A stretch of 64,000 nucleotides of DNA, taken from NCBI GenBank assembly GCA_049570475.1, contig CP186953.1:320001-384000 (forward strand). The letters are read 5' to 3'. The DNA comes from Candidatus Methanosuratincola verstraetei. Its GTDB lineage: Archaea; Thermoproteota; Methanomethylicia; Methanomethylicales; Methanomethylicaceae. The notes beneath the pieces were generated by a model. The model did not search any database. It saw nothing but the letters and a program-made list of their open reading frames with translations, and was not told the DNA's origin. Each line of letters begins with the position of its first letter. The first letter of the stretch is position 1. Positions 17,195 to 26,711 of the stretch are shown here, in pieces. The translations under genes and the position numbers were made by a program.

Positions 17195-17380
17195 CAACAA
17201 CATCCCTGGCTTTTCAGCAGCCATATGGCATTTTTTGGTATGAGTTATGCGCGAGAGATTGCGCATTCGAAAAAATGGTACAGATGCAATAGGAGTGCCG
17301 GAGAGTGCGCGGAGTGCCTGCCTTGGAGGATAAGGGCCCCTGATGAAATAGTTAAAAAGATCATTTACAGACACCTACAT

Positions 17381-17866
17381 ATGGCAGAGAGGATACTTTG
17401 GGCCCCCTGGCGCGGCGAGTTCGTGTCCGGGGCAAAGAAAGAGGGATGCATATTCTGCTTAAAGCCGTCCGAGGGAGACGCGGAAGCTCTGATTTTTGAG
17501 CGGAGGGAGAAAGTATTCGGAATGCTGAACAGGTTCCCCTACAACAGCGGCCACATAATGATCGCTCCCTACAGGCACGTCACGAGCATCGAGGATCTTC
17601 GGAAGGAAGAGACAGAGGATCTCTTCGGATTGCTGAAGGACTCGATTGCCGTGCTCAAGATGGAAATGCATCCAGAAGGGTTCAACATAGGGTTCAACAT
17701 AGGAAAAGCGGCGGGTGCGGGGTTTGAGCACGTGCACATGCACATTGTGCCCAGGTGGACAGGCGACACCAACTTCATGCCAGTCCTTGCCTCCACCAAA
17801 GTAATGCCAGAGCACCTCTCCCAGACCCTGGAGAGGATTAAGGCAGGGTTCAGAAGATTAGGCTGA
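17381..17866 (+). CDS. HIT-family nucleotide hydrolase/phosphorylase
   Basis: LWAPWR, CIFC, NRFPYNSGH, HVHMHIVPRW; start trimmed to ATG 17381. Confidence 0.92.
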   Translation: MAERILWAPWRGEFVSGAKKEGCIFCLKPSEGDAEALIFERREKVFGMLNRFPYNSGHIMIAPYRHVTSIEDLRKEETEDLFGLLKDSIAVLKMEMHPEGFNIGFNIGKAAGAGFEHVHMHIVPRWTGDTNFMPVLASTKVMPEHLSQTLERIKAGFRRLG

Positions 17867-19814
17867 GCAGGATCCTTGCAGCCAGGGCGACTATTGTGGC
17901 GACGGCTAGGTTCAAAGCCGCTATGAAAAAAGTCCACTTCACCTTGTACTCCCTAATCAGAGCAGCGATAGTCGCTACGCACGGCATGTACAGCACCATG
18001 AATATGGTGAATACCACCATCTGGGCCGGGGACATGATTGAGGAGAAATCCAGCGTATTAGCATAAGTTGCCAGCATAACTAAAGCCATTTCTTTCCTGA
18101 GCATCCCAAAGATAATCGAGATGCCAACGGCCACTGGCATGCCAAGAATGCCATAAGTGAAGGGGGACAATGCCAGCACAACCTGATCCAGGAAGCCTGT
18201 GATCCGCAGAGCCTCTATGAGGAAGGACCCGGCTACGATCAGGGGTAAACCAATGTAGACGAAGTCCTTTGTATTGAGCCAAGTCTTTTTGAGAACCAGC
18301 CGCGGCTTGAAGAGTCGGATCCGCGGCATCTCCATTATGAGGCCCACTGACTCCCCGGGCATAGCCCTGAAGAGCAGGCGCCCGATGCCAACAACCACCA
18401 GGATGTCGAGAAGGTATATCCCCATCGCGGCCGCGAACCCAAGGTACTTCGCTGTCACCCCCAATATTATGACCGACCTGGCAGAGCAGGGGATCATGAC
18501 TACCAGAGCCGCCAGTATCATCCGCTCTTTCCAAGTCTCCATTATCTTGCAAGAGATGCACGCAGGGACGCTGCATCCGTAACCTAGCAGCATCGGTATG
18601 AAAGCCTTCCCGTGGAGTCCCAACTTGTGCATAATGGAGTCCAGGAGGAAGGCTGCCCTCGGCAGGTAGCCGGTGTCCTCGAGAATCGACAATGCAAGGT
18701 AGAACAGGAAGATGTAAGAGACCACTATCGACAATGCTGCAGCAACCCCGAAGAGTATGCCATTAACCAGCAGGTCCATGACAGCCGGGGCGATCCCCTG
18801 GCTTAGCAATGCGCGCCCTATTTGATCAATAAGAAGATTAAAGCCTCCATCAAAGATTTCAGATATCTTCCCGCCAACCGCGAAAATCGAGAAGAACATC
18901 CCGCCCAAAACAAGCAACAGTATAAGGTACCCAAAGTAGCGGTGTGTCAGCAGGGCTTCTACCTTTTCTGATCGGGTAGTTATCGGAGAGGCATGCATCA
19001 CCGAGGAAGACCTGACGATCCGGTGTATCGCGGAGTACCTCTCGGATGCGATCACAACGCTTGGTTCCTCGCCATGAACCATCTCCAGTTGGTTCTTTAT
19101 TGTCCTGATTTTGTTATCCAGATGCGAGAGCTTCGGGAAGCGTTCCAATATTATCGGATCTCCTTCCAAGAGCTTGATCGCGATCCACTCTGCGCTGAGG
19201 TTTACGGGTATTCCGAAGTCAGTGGTCCTGATCGCCCGAGAGATCTCCGAGATGTGCATTTCCACCTCCTTCCCGTACCTGGGCCTCTTGGGAGGGGCAG
19301 TTTTGGCATGGCTTATCGCAGCAGCCATGAGTTCCGAAATCCCAGACCCAGACATTGCATTGATTGCGATCACGGGGATGCCCAGCTCCATCGAGAGTGA
19401 ATTGACATCTATCTCTATGCCCTTCCTCTTCGCATCCTCGACGAAGTTGAGCGCAAGAACAAGCCTCACTCCCATCTCCATCAGCTGAAGCGTCAGGTAG
19501 AGGTTGCGCTCGAGAGCCATCGCGTCAATTATGTTCACGATCAAGTCAGGGCTCCCAGAGAGGATGTAGTCCCTTGCAACAACCTCCTCGTCGGAGAAAG
19601 CTGAGAGCGAGTAGATCCCGGGCAGGTCAACCACCATTATCCTGAAGCCCTTGAAAACCAGGGTGCCCCTAGCGATCTCAACGGTTTTTCCAGGATAGTT
19701 CCCTACGGATTGGTTAAGACCGGTCAGCTGATTGAATAGCGTACTTTTGCCCACGCTGGGGTTCCCTACGAGGGCGATCTCGATCTTTTGTTCACCATTA
19801 TTCTCCGTGCCCAC
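17850..19814 (-). CDS. feoB: Ferrous iron transporter B
   Basis: GNPSVGKS, GNYPGKTV, DLPG, GYGCSVPA, YMPC. Confidence 0.95.
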   Translation of the reverse strand: MGTENNGEQKIEIALVGNPSVGKSTLFNQLTGLNQSVGNYPGKTVEIARGTLVFKGFRIMVVDLPGIYSLSAFSDEEVVARDYILSGSPDLIVNIIDAMALERNLYLTLQLMEMGVRLVLALNFVEDAKRKGIEIDVNSLSMELGIPVIAINAMSGSGISELMAAAISHAKTAPPKRPRYGKEVEMHISEISRAIRTTDFGIPVNLSAEWIAIKLLEGDPIILERFPKLSHLDNKIRTIKNQLEMVHGEEPSVVIASERYSAIHRIVRSSSVMHASPITTRSEKVEALLTHRYFGYLILLLVLGGMFFSIFAVGGKISEIFDGGFNLLIDQIGRALLSQGIAPAVMDLLVNGILFGVAAALSIVVSYIFLFYLALSILEDTGYLPRAAFLLDSIMHKLGLHGKAFIPMLLGYGCSVPACISCKIMETWKERMILAALVVMIPCSARSVIILGVTAKYLGFAAAMGIYLLDILVVVGIGRLLFRAMPGESVGLIMEMPRIRLFKPRLVLKKTWLNTKDFVYIGLPLIVAGSFLIEALRITGFLDQVVLALSPFTYGILGMPVAVGISIIFGMLRKEMALVMLATYANTLDFSSIMSPAQMVVFTIFMVLYMPCVATIAALIREYKVKWTFFIAALNLAVATIVALAARILLSLIF

Positions 19815-19830
19815 ACTGAACCCCCCCCCA

Positions 19831-20274
19831 TCAGAGAGGCTTAACGAGAACCTTGGAGGCTATCCCTCTGCCAATCGCCAGCTCGCACGACCTTATCTCG
19901 AGAATAATCGGCCCTTCCATCAGCCCCTTCTTCAGCACCTTGACTTCTGTTTCAGGGATCAGACCGAGATCGCATAGGCGACTTATCAGTTTACGACCTC
20001 CAACCGCAAGCACTATCTTCCCCTTCTGCCCCTCCTCGAGGGCTGACAGGGGGAGGAGCTCCTCCAAGGAATACCTTCTTCTCTTAGACAGTCTGTAGTA
20101 TTCATTGATTATACCGAGATCATGTTCTTCGCCATCATCCGAGGATTCTTTGGCTTCAGGCCCTGAACTGGCTGCGCTGCATCTACTGCCACCATCTTTG
20201 TTCATGCTTAGCCCATTGGGCTTTCTGCCAAACAGGAACGACATTGCACCGCAGATGATGCTGAACATATTCAT
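19831..20274 (-). CDS. feoA: FeoA domain protein
   Basis: RLCDLGL.P..EV..GPIILEIR..LAIGRGIA; start coupled to the upstream stop. Confidence 0.85.
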   Translation of the reverse strand: MNMFSIICGAMSFLFGRKPNGLSMNKDGGSRCSAASSGPEAKESSDDGEEHDLGIINEYYRLSKRRRYSLEELLPLSALEEGQKGKIVLAVGGRKLISRLCDLGLIPETEVKVLKKGLMEGPIILEIRSCELAIGRGIASKVLVKPL

Positions 20275-20699
20275 CCCTCCTGGTGGGCCATAGGTATGGG
20301 CTTCCCGTGCGGGCAATATTTTGGTCTACCCAACTTTTCGTAAAGCCGCGCAAGGACCCTTTCGCTTATGTGGTGTTCGATCCCACATATTTCATCCGAT
20401 ACTTCCTCGGGCGCCATCCCCAGGTACTGGTAAAAGAAACACTCGAGTATCCTGTGCCTTGAGAGCACTGCCTTAGCCGTCGCGCGGCCAGTTTCAGTCA
20501 GTCGCACACCCTCGTAGTCAACCCTAATTACCAATCCCTTTTCAGATAGGCGCTGCATCATCTCGGTGACTGTCGAAGGGAAGACCCCAAGGGCACCCGA
20601 GATCTCTTTTATCTTCACCAGGCCCTTTGAGGATTCCTCTGAGTTGAGGTATATGAATTCAAGGTAGTCCTCTGGATTCTTGTGCTCGCGGTAGCTCAT
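20271..20699 (-). CDS. DtxR/MntR-family metal-dependent repressor
   Basis: EDYLEFIY, STVTEM, RHRILE, IEH, CPHG. Confidence 0.92.
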   Translation of the reverse strand: MSYREHKNPEDYLEFIYLNSEESSKGLVKIKEISGALGVFPSTVTEMMQRLSEKGLVIRVDYEGVRLTETGRATAKAVLSRHRILECFFYQYLGMAPEEVSDEICGIEHHISERVLARLYEKLGRPKYCPHGKPIPMAHQEG

Positions 20700-20710
20700 A
20701 TGAAAGCACA

Positions 20711-20760
20711 TTTTTCGGTATGCCTAAAAAATATATAAGATTTTCGTACATACGAAAATC
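20711..20760. promoter_or_regulatory. Two palindromic operators flanking the TATA box of the dtxR-feoA-feoB operon
   Basis: TTTTTCGGTATGCCTAAAAA (20711-20730, imperfect) and GATTTTCGTA-CA-TACGAAAATC (20739-20760, perfect arms). Confidence 0.7.
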
Positions 20761-20767
20761 CTTCAGG

Positions 20768-21112
20768 CTACACCGAGTCCTTGTATTTTTTTGCGATCGA
20801 GCTCTCCTTGCCTCGAAAAGTCTCATAAGGCCCGTAAAGCGCCTTGATACCTCTCAGCGTCTCTCGGATTGCCTCTTCGCTCTCAGCCTCTATAGTAATC
20901 CGCATAATGTCGATTTGGTATGCCTTTAAGAGGATTCTTGACATGACCCCTGGGGCGCCAAGCTTATCTGGCATAGCAGACACCCTGGAGCCGGATCTGC
21001 TGGCAATCTCCTCGAGATCTTTTATTGTTATGCGCTGTCCTCTGAGGCGGAAGAGATCATTGACGAAGTAGTATATTGTTGTCGAAAACGACATACCATT
21101 CCAGCACCTCAC
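20768..21112 (-). CDS. Hypothetical protein
   Basis: ORF coupled by a 4-nt overlap to the upstream binding-protein gene. Confidence 0.6.
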   Translation of the reverse strand: MRCWNGMSFSTTIYYFVNDLFRLRGQRITIKDLEEIASRSGSRVSAMPDKLGAPGVMSRILLKAYQIDIMRITIEAESEEAIRETLRGIKALYGPYETFRGKESSIAKKYKDSV

Positions 21113-22134
21113 CTAGAGTAGATCGATGGGAAATTAAAGCCCTCTTTTTTCAGTTCAAAGATCGCATTGTTGTAATAGCTGCTATCAAGCCTAGACATCA
21201 AAAGATTATAATCGTTGATGGACAGGATCGACGGGATTAACAGTTGGTAGAACGACTGTAGTTCGCTCTTGTTGAAGTATCCGCTGAGGGGGTTCCTTGC
21301 CTGGCCTATCTCAGGATCAATCTTGATTATGCTGTCATAGATTATCTCGTATGGCATTCCAGGCAGGTATTTTTTTATCATGGGCAATGCGTTGCCAGGC
21401 TCAGAGTATGTGTACGACTCGGCTTTTATTAGAGCCTTTATGAATTTGGTCACCGCATCTGGATTTTTGGAGACGAAGGAGGACTTGAAGACTTGGAGGC
21501 AGCACGGGTAATCCAGCGGGTAGACCTGCTTATCCCACTGAACAAGCTTCAGACCTCGGTACGATGCCAAAGAGGAGTAAGGTTCCCAAAGGAAAGCGGC
21601 TTCAACCTGGCCATTCTCAAGCGCAAACAATGCATCCGCTGGCGACAGGTAAGTGGATAGGTTCGCGCTGATGCCTTTATCTGCCATTACCTTCTTGAAT
21701 ATGAAATCTCCTGGCACATACAGAACGGTCCCTACTCTCCTGCCGTTAAGGTCGCTGATTGAGTTTATTCCAGAGGAATTCTTAGCCACCAGTGCAGTCC
21801 CGTCTAATGAATTTCCCGCAACAACAATCGAGTCAATGTTCTTTATGAAGGCGGCTATTGCTACGGATGTAACTGGCGCGCCGTCGATCTCGTTTCTTGA
21901 GAACGCGGCCACCAGGTCGGATACGCTACCATATTCAACCAGTGTGACATTTAGCCCCTCATCCTCAAAGAAGCCGCCCTCATAAGCCACCCACACAATG
22001 CCGTAGCTTGCCGCGGGCAGATATCCAATTCGAACGCTTGTCGCAGGAGGCTTGTAAAGGAATATGAAGCCGACCGCAGCGACTACTACTATCACAATCA
22101 ATAGTATAGATACAAGGATCAGTCGCTTGTTCAT
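21109..22134 (-). CDS. NitT/TauT (SsuA-like) ABC substrate-binding protein
   Basis: N-terminal TM, VRIGYLP, GFFEDEGL, LWEPY, YPCC. Confidence 0.88.
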   Translation of the reverse strand: MNKRLILVSILLIVIVVVAAVGFIFLYKPPATSVRIGYLPAASYGIVWVAYEGGFFEDEGLNVTLVEYGSVSDLVAAFSRNEIDGAPVTSVAIAAFIKNIDSIVVAGNSLDGTALVAKNSSGINSISDLNGRRVGTVLYVPGDFIFKKVMADKGISANLSTYLSPADALFALENGQVEAAFLWEPYSSLASYRGLKLVQWDKQVYPLDYPCCLQVFKSSFVSKNPDAVTKFIKALIKAESYTYSEPGNALPMIKKYLPGMPYEIIYDSIIKIDPEIGQARNPLSGYFNKSELQSFYQLLIPSILSINDYNLLMSRLDSSYYNNAIFELKKEGFNFPSIYSR

Positions 22135-22373
22135 GAACTAAATTTAGACCCGGTCCGATTAATCTCTTTTGATTTTCGGCAGGAATCGGCACGGGCAGAT
22201 TTCAGGCGTGCAAGGACCGACGGCACATCCCTCGACTCCACATGCTCCAGGATCCTCACGCATCCCGAGGCTAGGTTTCTTGAGCCGCAGTAGGCGCACG
22301 TGAAGGTCTTCGATCCGTTCCGGCAGGCCCCTGGCTGGCCGCATTTCCTGCACAGGAGAACAGAATATAGCAT
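22131..22373 (-). CDS. Small Zn-ribbon protein (DUF1922-like)
   Basis: CRKCG...CAYCG. Confidence 0.6.
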   Translation of the reverse strand: MLYSVLLCRKCGQPGACRNGSKTFTCAYCGSRNLASGCVRILEHVESRDVPSVLARLKSARADSCRKSKEINRTGSKFSS

Positions 22374-22480
22374 CCACTTCTCGCCGCCGCTGTCTATGAC
22401 ACGCTATTAAGGATATCCGATTATTTTATAAATATGGCGATACCAGATAAAATCAACCGGAATTCAGGTGAAGCACAAAC

Positions 22481-22789
22481 TTGAGCGAAATATGTTCTAA
22501 GTGCGGACTTCCAAAAGATCTGTGTGTTTGTGAAGCGATAGTAAAAGAGCAACAGAGGATTAGGGTGTTCTTGGAAAAGAGGAAGTGGGGGAGAGACGTC
22601 ACCATAATCGAGGGCATCGACGAGAAGAGCATAAACTTGAAGGAGCTCTCAGGGAGGCTCAAGAGCAAGCTGGCATGCGGCGGGACGGACAAGGACGGAA
22701 GGATAGAGCTGCAGGGCGATCACCGCGAGAGGGCTGCAGAGATCCTTGTTGAGAGCGGATTCCCAAGCGACAACATTGACGTCGAATAG
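22481..22789 (+). CDS. sui1: Translation initiation factor aIF-1 (SUI1)
   Basis: CGLPKDLCVC, LKSKLACGGT, IELQGDH. Confidence 0.95.
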   Translation: MSEICSKCGLPKDLCVCEAIVKEQQRIRVFLEKRKWGRDVTIIEGIDEKSINLKELSGRLKSKLACGGTDKDGRIELQGDHRERAAEILVESGFPSDNIDVE

Positions 22790-22791
22790 CC

Positions 22792-23031
22792 TTGAAGGAA
22801 CGGACGGAAATGGGAGAGATAAAGGACGTGCTATCCTCTCTCCGGAGGGGGAGGGGAGTCAGGGTCTGCCCTGAGTGCGGCAGCACGGACATCTCCCCGA
22901 TAACCATGACTGGCTACATCTCCCAGCCTACCTACGTTTGCAACAACTGCGGCTTCCAGAGCACCATATTCCCTGAAGTGGACATGGCAGAACTTAAGGG
23001 GAAAAAAGAAGGCAGAAGAGAGGCCGATTAA
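22792..23031 (+). CDS. Small Zn-ribbon protein
   Basis: CPECGS...CNNCG. Confidence 0.65.
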   Translation: MKERTEMGEIKDVLSSLRRGRGVRVCPECGSTDISPITMTGYISQPTYVCNNCGFQSTIFPEVDMAELKGKKEGRREAD

Positions 23032-23033
23032 GG

Positions 23034-24053
23034 CTACTGAAGGGGCACTTCTATATTCAGCTCTTTCATCAGTTCCTTGTACCTGTTCCTGACTGTTACT
23101 TCGGTAACCTGGGCAGCCTGGGCGATCTCCTTCTGCGTCCGCCGCTCGTTCTCAAGGAGTGAGGCGACGTATATTGCTGCAGCCGCAAGTCCTGCGGGGT
23201 CCTTCCCTGCAGTGATCCCCATCTTCTTAGCGTCTCTGATTATCTCGGCTGCCTTGTGCTGTGTTGTGCCGCTCAGCTCCAGAGCTCCGCCTATACGAGT
23301 TATGAAGTCGATTGGGTCGGCTATCGGGATGTTCACATCGACCTCCCTCAGCAAGAGCCTGTAGCACCTGGCCACGTCCTTCCTTCCGGCCTTTGTGTAC
23401 CTCGCGATCTCATCCAGCGTGCGCGGCACCTTCTGCGTCCTGCATGCGGCGTAGATCGCGGCAGCCATGACTGACTCAATTGACCTGCCCCGGACGAGGC
23501 CCTTCTCGACTGCCCGCCTGTAAATCACCGCAGACTCCTCCTTTACGCTCTTGGGCAGACCTATCTGCGAGCTTATCCGATCCAGCTCGCTCATCGCCTG
23601 TGCGAGGTTCCTGTCCATAGAGCTGTGGACGCGTGTTCTTATCTGCCATTTGCGCCACCTCAGGATCTCTATCCTCTTCTTTGGTTCGAGCTTCCTGCCC
23701 ATGGCGTCCTTATCGCGCCAGTCGATAATTGTGGAAAGCCCCCGGTCGTGGACTGTTGGGGACAGGGGCGAACCCACCCTGCTCCTCTTGTCCCGCTCCT
23801 CTGAGGTGAACGCCCGCCACTCAGGACCGCGATCGATTATCTTTTCGGTAACGACCAGGCCGCAGTTCGTGCAGGTCACTTCTCCGCGCTCAAAGCTTCT
23901 TACGAAACTCGTACCCCCGCAACTAGGGCACTTTAGAGAAGCGGAATCGTTTTCAGGTTCCTGCTCTGCATTGCTCACTTTGGAAGAAGGCTTGTCGTTC
24001 TTGGTCTCGAGTTTTGAAGACAACAATTTCACCCTTGACGGTAATTCCAACAT
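23034..24053 (-). CDS. tfb: Transcription initiation factor IIB
   Basis: Zn ribbon [33 protein letters not shown]. Confidence 0.97.
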   Translation of the reverse strand: MLELPSRVKLLSSKLETKNDKPSSKVSNAEQEPENDSASLKCPSCGGTSFVRSFERGEVTCTNCGLVVTEKIIDRGPEWRAFTSEERDKRSRVGSPLSPTVHDRGLSTIIDWRDKDAMGRKLEPKKRIEILRWRKWQIRTRVHSSMDRNLAQAMSELDRISSQIGLPKSVKEESAVIYRRAVEKGLVRGRSIESVMAAAIYAACRTQKVPRTLDEIARYTKAGRKDVARCYRLLLREVDVNIPIADPIDFITRIGGALELSGTTQHKAAEIIRDAKKMGITAGKDPAGLAAAAIYVASLLENERRTQKEIAQAAQVTEVTVRNRYKELMKELNIEVPLQ

Positions 24054-24245
24054 GGAGGGGTAAAAACTAACCTTTTCGCTATATATAAACATTTCGATTT
24101 GTTTATAAAATAGAGAAAAACGACTCTTTTAAGAATTTTGCTCCAACCCAAGAAAAGCATTTCGCAGCCACGGTTAAAGAGCATGAGAAGGGGCGAAGTT
24201 AAAGCATCCGATAAGGATAAATTTAGCAAATATTTTTGAGTATTC

Positions 24246-24321
24246 AGCCCGGTGGTGTAGCGGCCAAGCATAGCGGGCTCTGGACCCGCCGACAGGAGTT
24301 CGAATCTCCTCCGGGCTACCA
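24246..24321 (+). tRNA. tRNA-Gln(CTG)
   Basis: AGCCCGG/CCGGGCT acceptor stem, GCGGG-CTCTGGA-CCCGC anticodon arm, TTCGAAT, encoded CCA. Confidence 0.95.
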
Positions 24322-24583
24322 TTTGATAGTTATGCATTTTAGAAAAAGTCACTGTTAATGCAACATTATTTATCAATCAGAAAAAACTGCTTAAGCGAAT
24401 GCAGGAAGCGGAAATGGCTGATTGCGAGGTTTAGATTCAAAAACCGCATCGCAGCAGAATGTCAGATTCTCAGGCGTGAAATGGTCAAATTCAGGAATTG
24501 AGATCGAATGGAACTACCAAAAATTTGATCATGACCGGATCGTCAACTTGCTGGAAAAATCGACCACTAAAAAGACATGCCTC

Positions 24584-25222
24584 TCATATCAATCCCCAGG
24601 ATACGAGCCAATCCGTCAGACCCGAGTACAGGAGCTGGGCGGCGAAGGCTGCGATTATGATTGTCATGAACCTGCCCAGTGCCCTTATTCCATTCTTACC
24701 AGTTAGCCTGACCAGATGCTCGGAGTAACGAAGTATGGCGTACGTCAATAAGACAACGACAATGATGCTTACAACGAGGACTGCCAAGGGGGCGCTTGCG
24801 GACAGCAGGATTACAGTCGTCATCGTGCCAGGGCCAACCAAAAGCGGGGTCGCTATCGGGACTATCGCGACCTCTTCCCTCGAGTCTATGCTCTTCGTCC
24901 TTGGCAGCCCGCCAAGCATCTCGACAGCGATCACCATCAGAAGGATCCCGCCGCCCACTCGCAGGCTGGCAATATTGATGTTGAAGAAACTCAGTATGTA
25001 GTTCCCAGCGATTGCCATAATAAAGCAAATAATGAAGACAGCCAAGGAAGACCTTGCAACTATCCGGTGCCTTGCAGCCACGCCGAGATCCTCGGTGAGG
25101 GAGAGGAAGACAGGCAGTACGCTGACTGGGTTGAGAATTGCGAATATCTGTGCTGAAACTAGCGCCACCTGGTAGGGCCAATACGAAAGATCCGAGAGGC
25201 TAAAGAATGACACATCGATCAT
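24584..25222 (-). CDS. MarC-family membrane protein
   Basis: FAILNP, GGILL, VPIATPLLVGPG. Confidence 0.92.
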   Translation of the reverse strand: MIDVSFFSLSDLSYWPYQVALVSAQIFAILNPVSVLPVFLSLTEDLGVAARHRIVARSSLAVFIICFIMAIAGNYILSFFNINIASLRVGGGILLMVIAVEMLGGLPRTKSIDSREEVAIVPIATPLLVGPGTMTTVILLSASAPLAVLVVSIIVVVLLTYAILRYSEHLVRLTGKNGIRALGRFMTIIIAAFAAQLLYSGLTDWLVSWGLI

Positions 25223-25274
25223 CGGAGGGCACAGAAATAGGTGAGTGAAAAGGGTTTAAAAAGGGTTTGCAAAC

Positions 25275-25625
25275 TCAGACCCTGAAAGCCTTGCGAACGT
25301 CCTTAGAGAGCAGGAGCAGGATAGTAATTAGGTCCAGAATGAGCTTCGGCAGGTCAACCAGCGCCGATTCTAGGGTCAAACCCACTATCAGCACCCCTGC
25401 TGATCCGAATATTAATCCGAACAGGGAGAAGCCCATTGAAAGGAACCATGCAGGGCGCTTGATCTTGTACAGACCGTAGGCTATGCCAAAGCTTATTGCT
25501 GCCATAGCGAGCGGCAGTGCAACGAATGGGTCAAATGCTTGGAACCTGACTAGGTACAGTATGTACGAGACTCCCGCAAATGCCTCAATTGCTGCTAAGA
25601 TTTTCACTTCTCCGGGCACAGACAC
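25275..25625 (-). CDS. Small 4-TM hypothetical membrane protein
   Basis: Hydrophobic ORF ending DVRKAF. Confidence 0.65.
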   Translation of the reverse strand: MSVPGEVKILAAIEAFAGVSYILYLVRFQAFDPFVALPLAMAAISFGIAYGLYKIKRPAWFLSMGFSLFGLIFGSAGVLIVGLTLESALVDLPKLILDLITILLLLSKDVRKAFRV

Positions 25626-25693
25626 ATTATTTTTAGGCGGGGCACTCAGGATGCATTCCCTCCGTTTTTAATGAAAAGAAAGGAGCAGGTATA

Positions 25694-26635
25694 TTACGCT
25701 TGCTTATTCTGCTCGCTTGGTTCTGCCTCAGAGCTTGGCAGCTCACTCTTCTTCCTGGAAACCCGCCTCGGCTTCGGCTTGGGGATGCTCTCCTCGAGCA
25801 GCTTACGGAGCTTGGGATCGACCACCAAATATCTCCGCGGGTAAGCAATCTCGATCCCGTTAGCATCGAATTCCCTCTTTATCTCCAAGAGGAGATCCCT
25901 GGCCATCCCGAATGAGGACGGCTGGTCTTTTGCCCTGCTCAAAAGGCGGAGGGTAATCCCGGATTCGCCGAACTCCATCACCTGAGCCTTGGGGAGGTCG
26001 CCCACGGGGAGGCAATCGGGGTGCCGCTTTGCCACATCCACCATGATCTGCATCGCCTTGTTGAGATCGGATTCGTAGCTTATCGAGACCAGCACAGGGG
26101 TAAGCTTCGTTGGATCATCCCTGGTGTAATTGACAATCACTTCATTTTGGAGCAAAGAATTGGGGACCATCAACCTCCGGTTGTCCCAAGTCCTGAGCAC
26201 GGTGTGCATCAGCTTGATGTCCTCTACGAAGCAGAACTCGTTCTTGAACATGACGGCTTCATTGATCCTGATCGGCTGGAATATTGATATGGTTATCCCA
26301 GCGAATATGTTTGAGAGGGTTGACTGGGCCGCAAGACCGACCACGATCGAGGCGAAGCCCGCCGCAACGAAAATTGAAGCTATTGAAGCACCAAGCTCGG
26401 GGAAGGCAGCAAAGGTGGCAGAGGTCACCCCAATGAGGATTATTATGGCAAGCACCAATCGCCTTATGAACCTGTAGCTTGTCGTTAATCTCGGATTTTC
26501 TCTCATTATCTTTGAAATGCGGATCTTCAAAGTGCGATTTATAATGTACGCTATGATGAGGGTCGCTGAGAGACCAGTCGCAAAGATCAGCAGAGGTGCC
26601 CAGATGCCGTTGATGTCGAGAAACTCGAATGCCAT
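25694..26635 (-). CDS. mscS: Small-conductance mechanosensitive channel
   Basis: GLAAQSTLSNIFAG, VPNS, GIEIAYP. Confidence 0.9.
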   Translation of the reverse strand: MAFEFLDINGIWAPLLIFATGLSATLIIAYIINRTLKIRISKIMRENPRLTTSYRFIRRLVLAIIILIGVTSATFAAFPELGASIASIFVAAGFASIVVGLAAQSTLSNIFAGITISIFQPIRINEAVMFKNEFCFVEDIKLMHTVLRTWDNRRLMVPNSLLQNEVIVNYTRDDPTKLTPVLVSISYESDLNKAMQIMVDVAKRHPDCLPVGDLPKAQVMEFGESGITLRLLSRAKDQPSSFGMARDLLLEIKREFDANGIEIAYPRRYLVVDPKLRKLLEESIPKPKPRRVSRKKSELPSSEAEPSEQNKQA

Positions 26636-26711
26636 TGCAATTCAGTAATAAATTCTCATCTTATATAAAGAAATTGGAAATCGAAATTTAAAAAATAAAA
26701 AAGGTTGTAGT

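Noticed and set aside
24422-24728. Plus-strand ORFs after tRNA-Gln
   Set aside because: They overlap marC antisense, use TTG starts, and show no motif.
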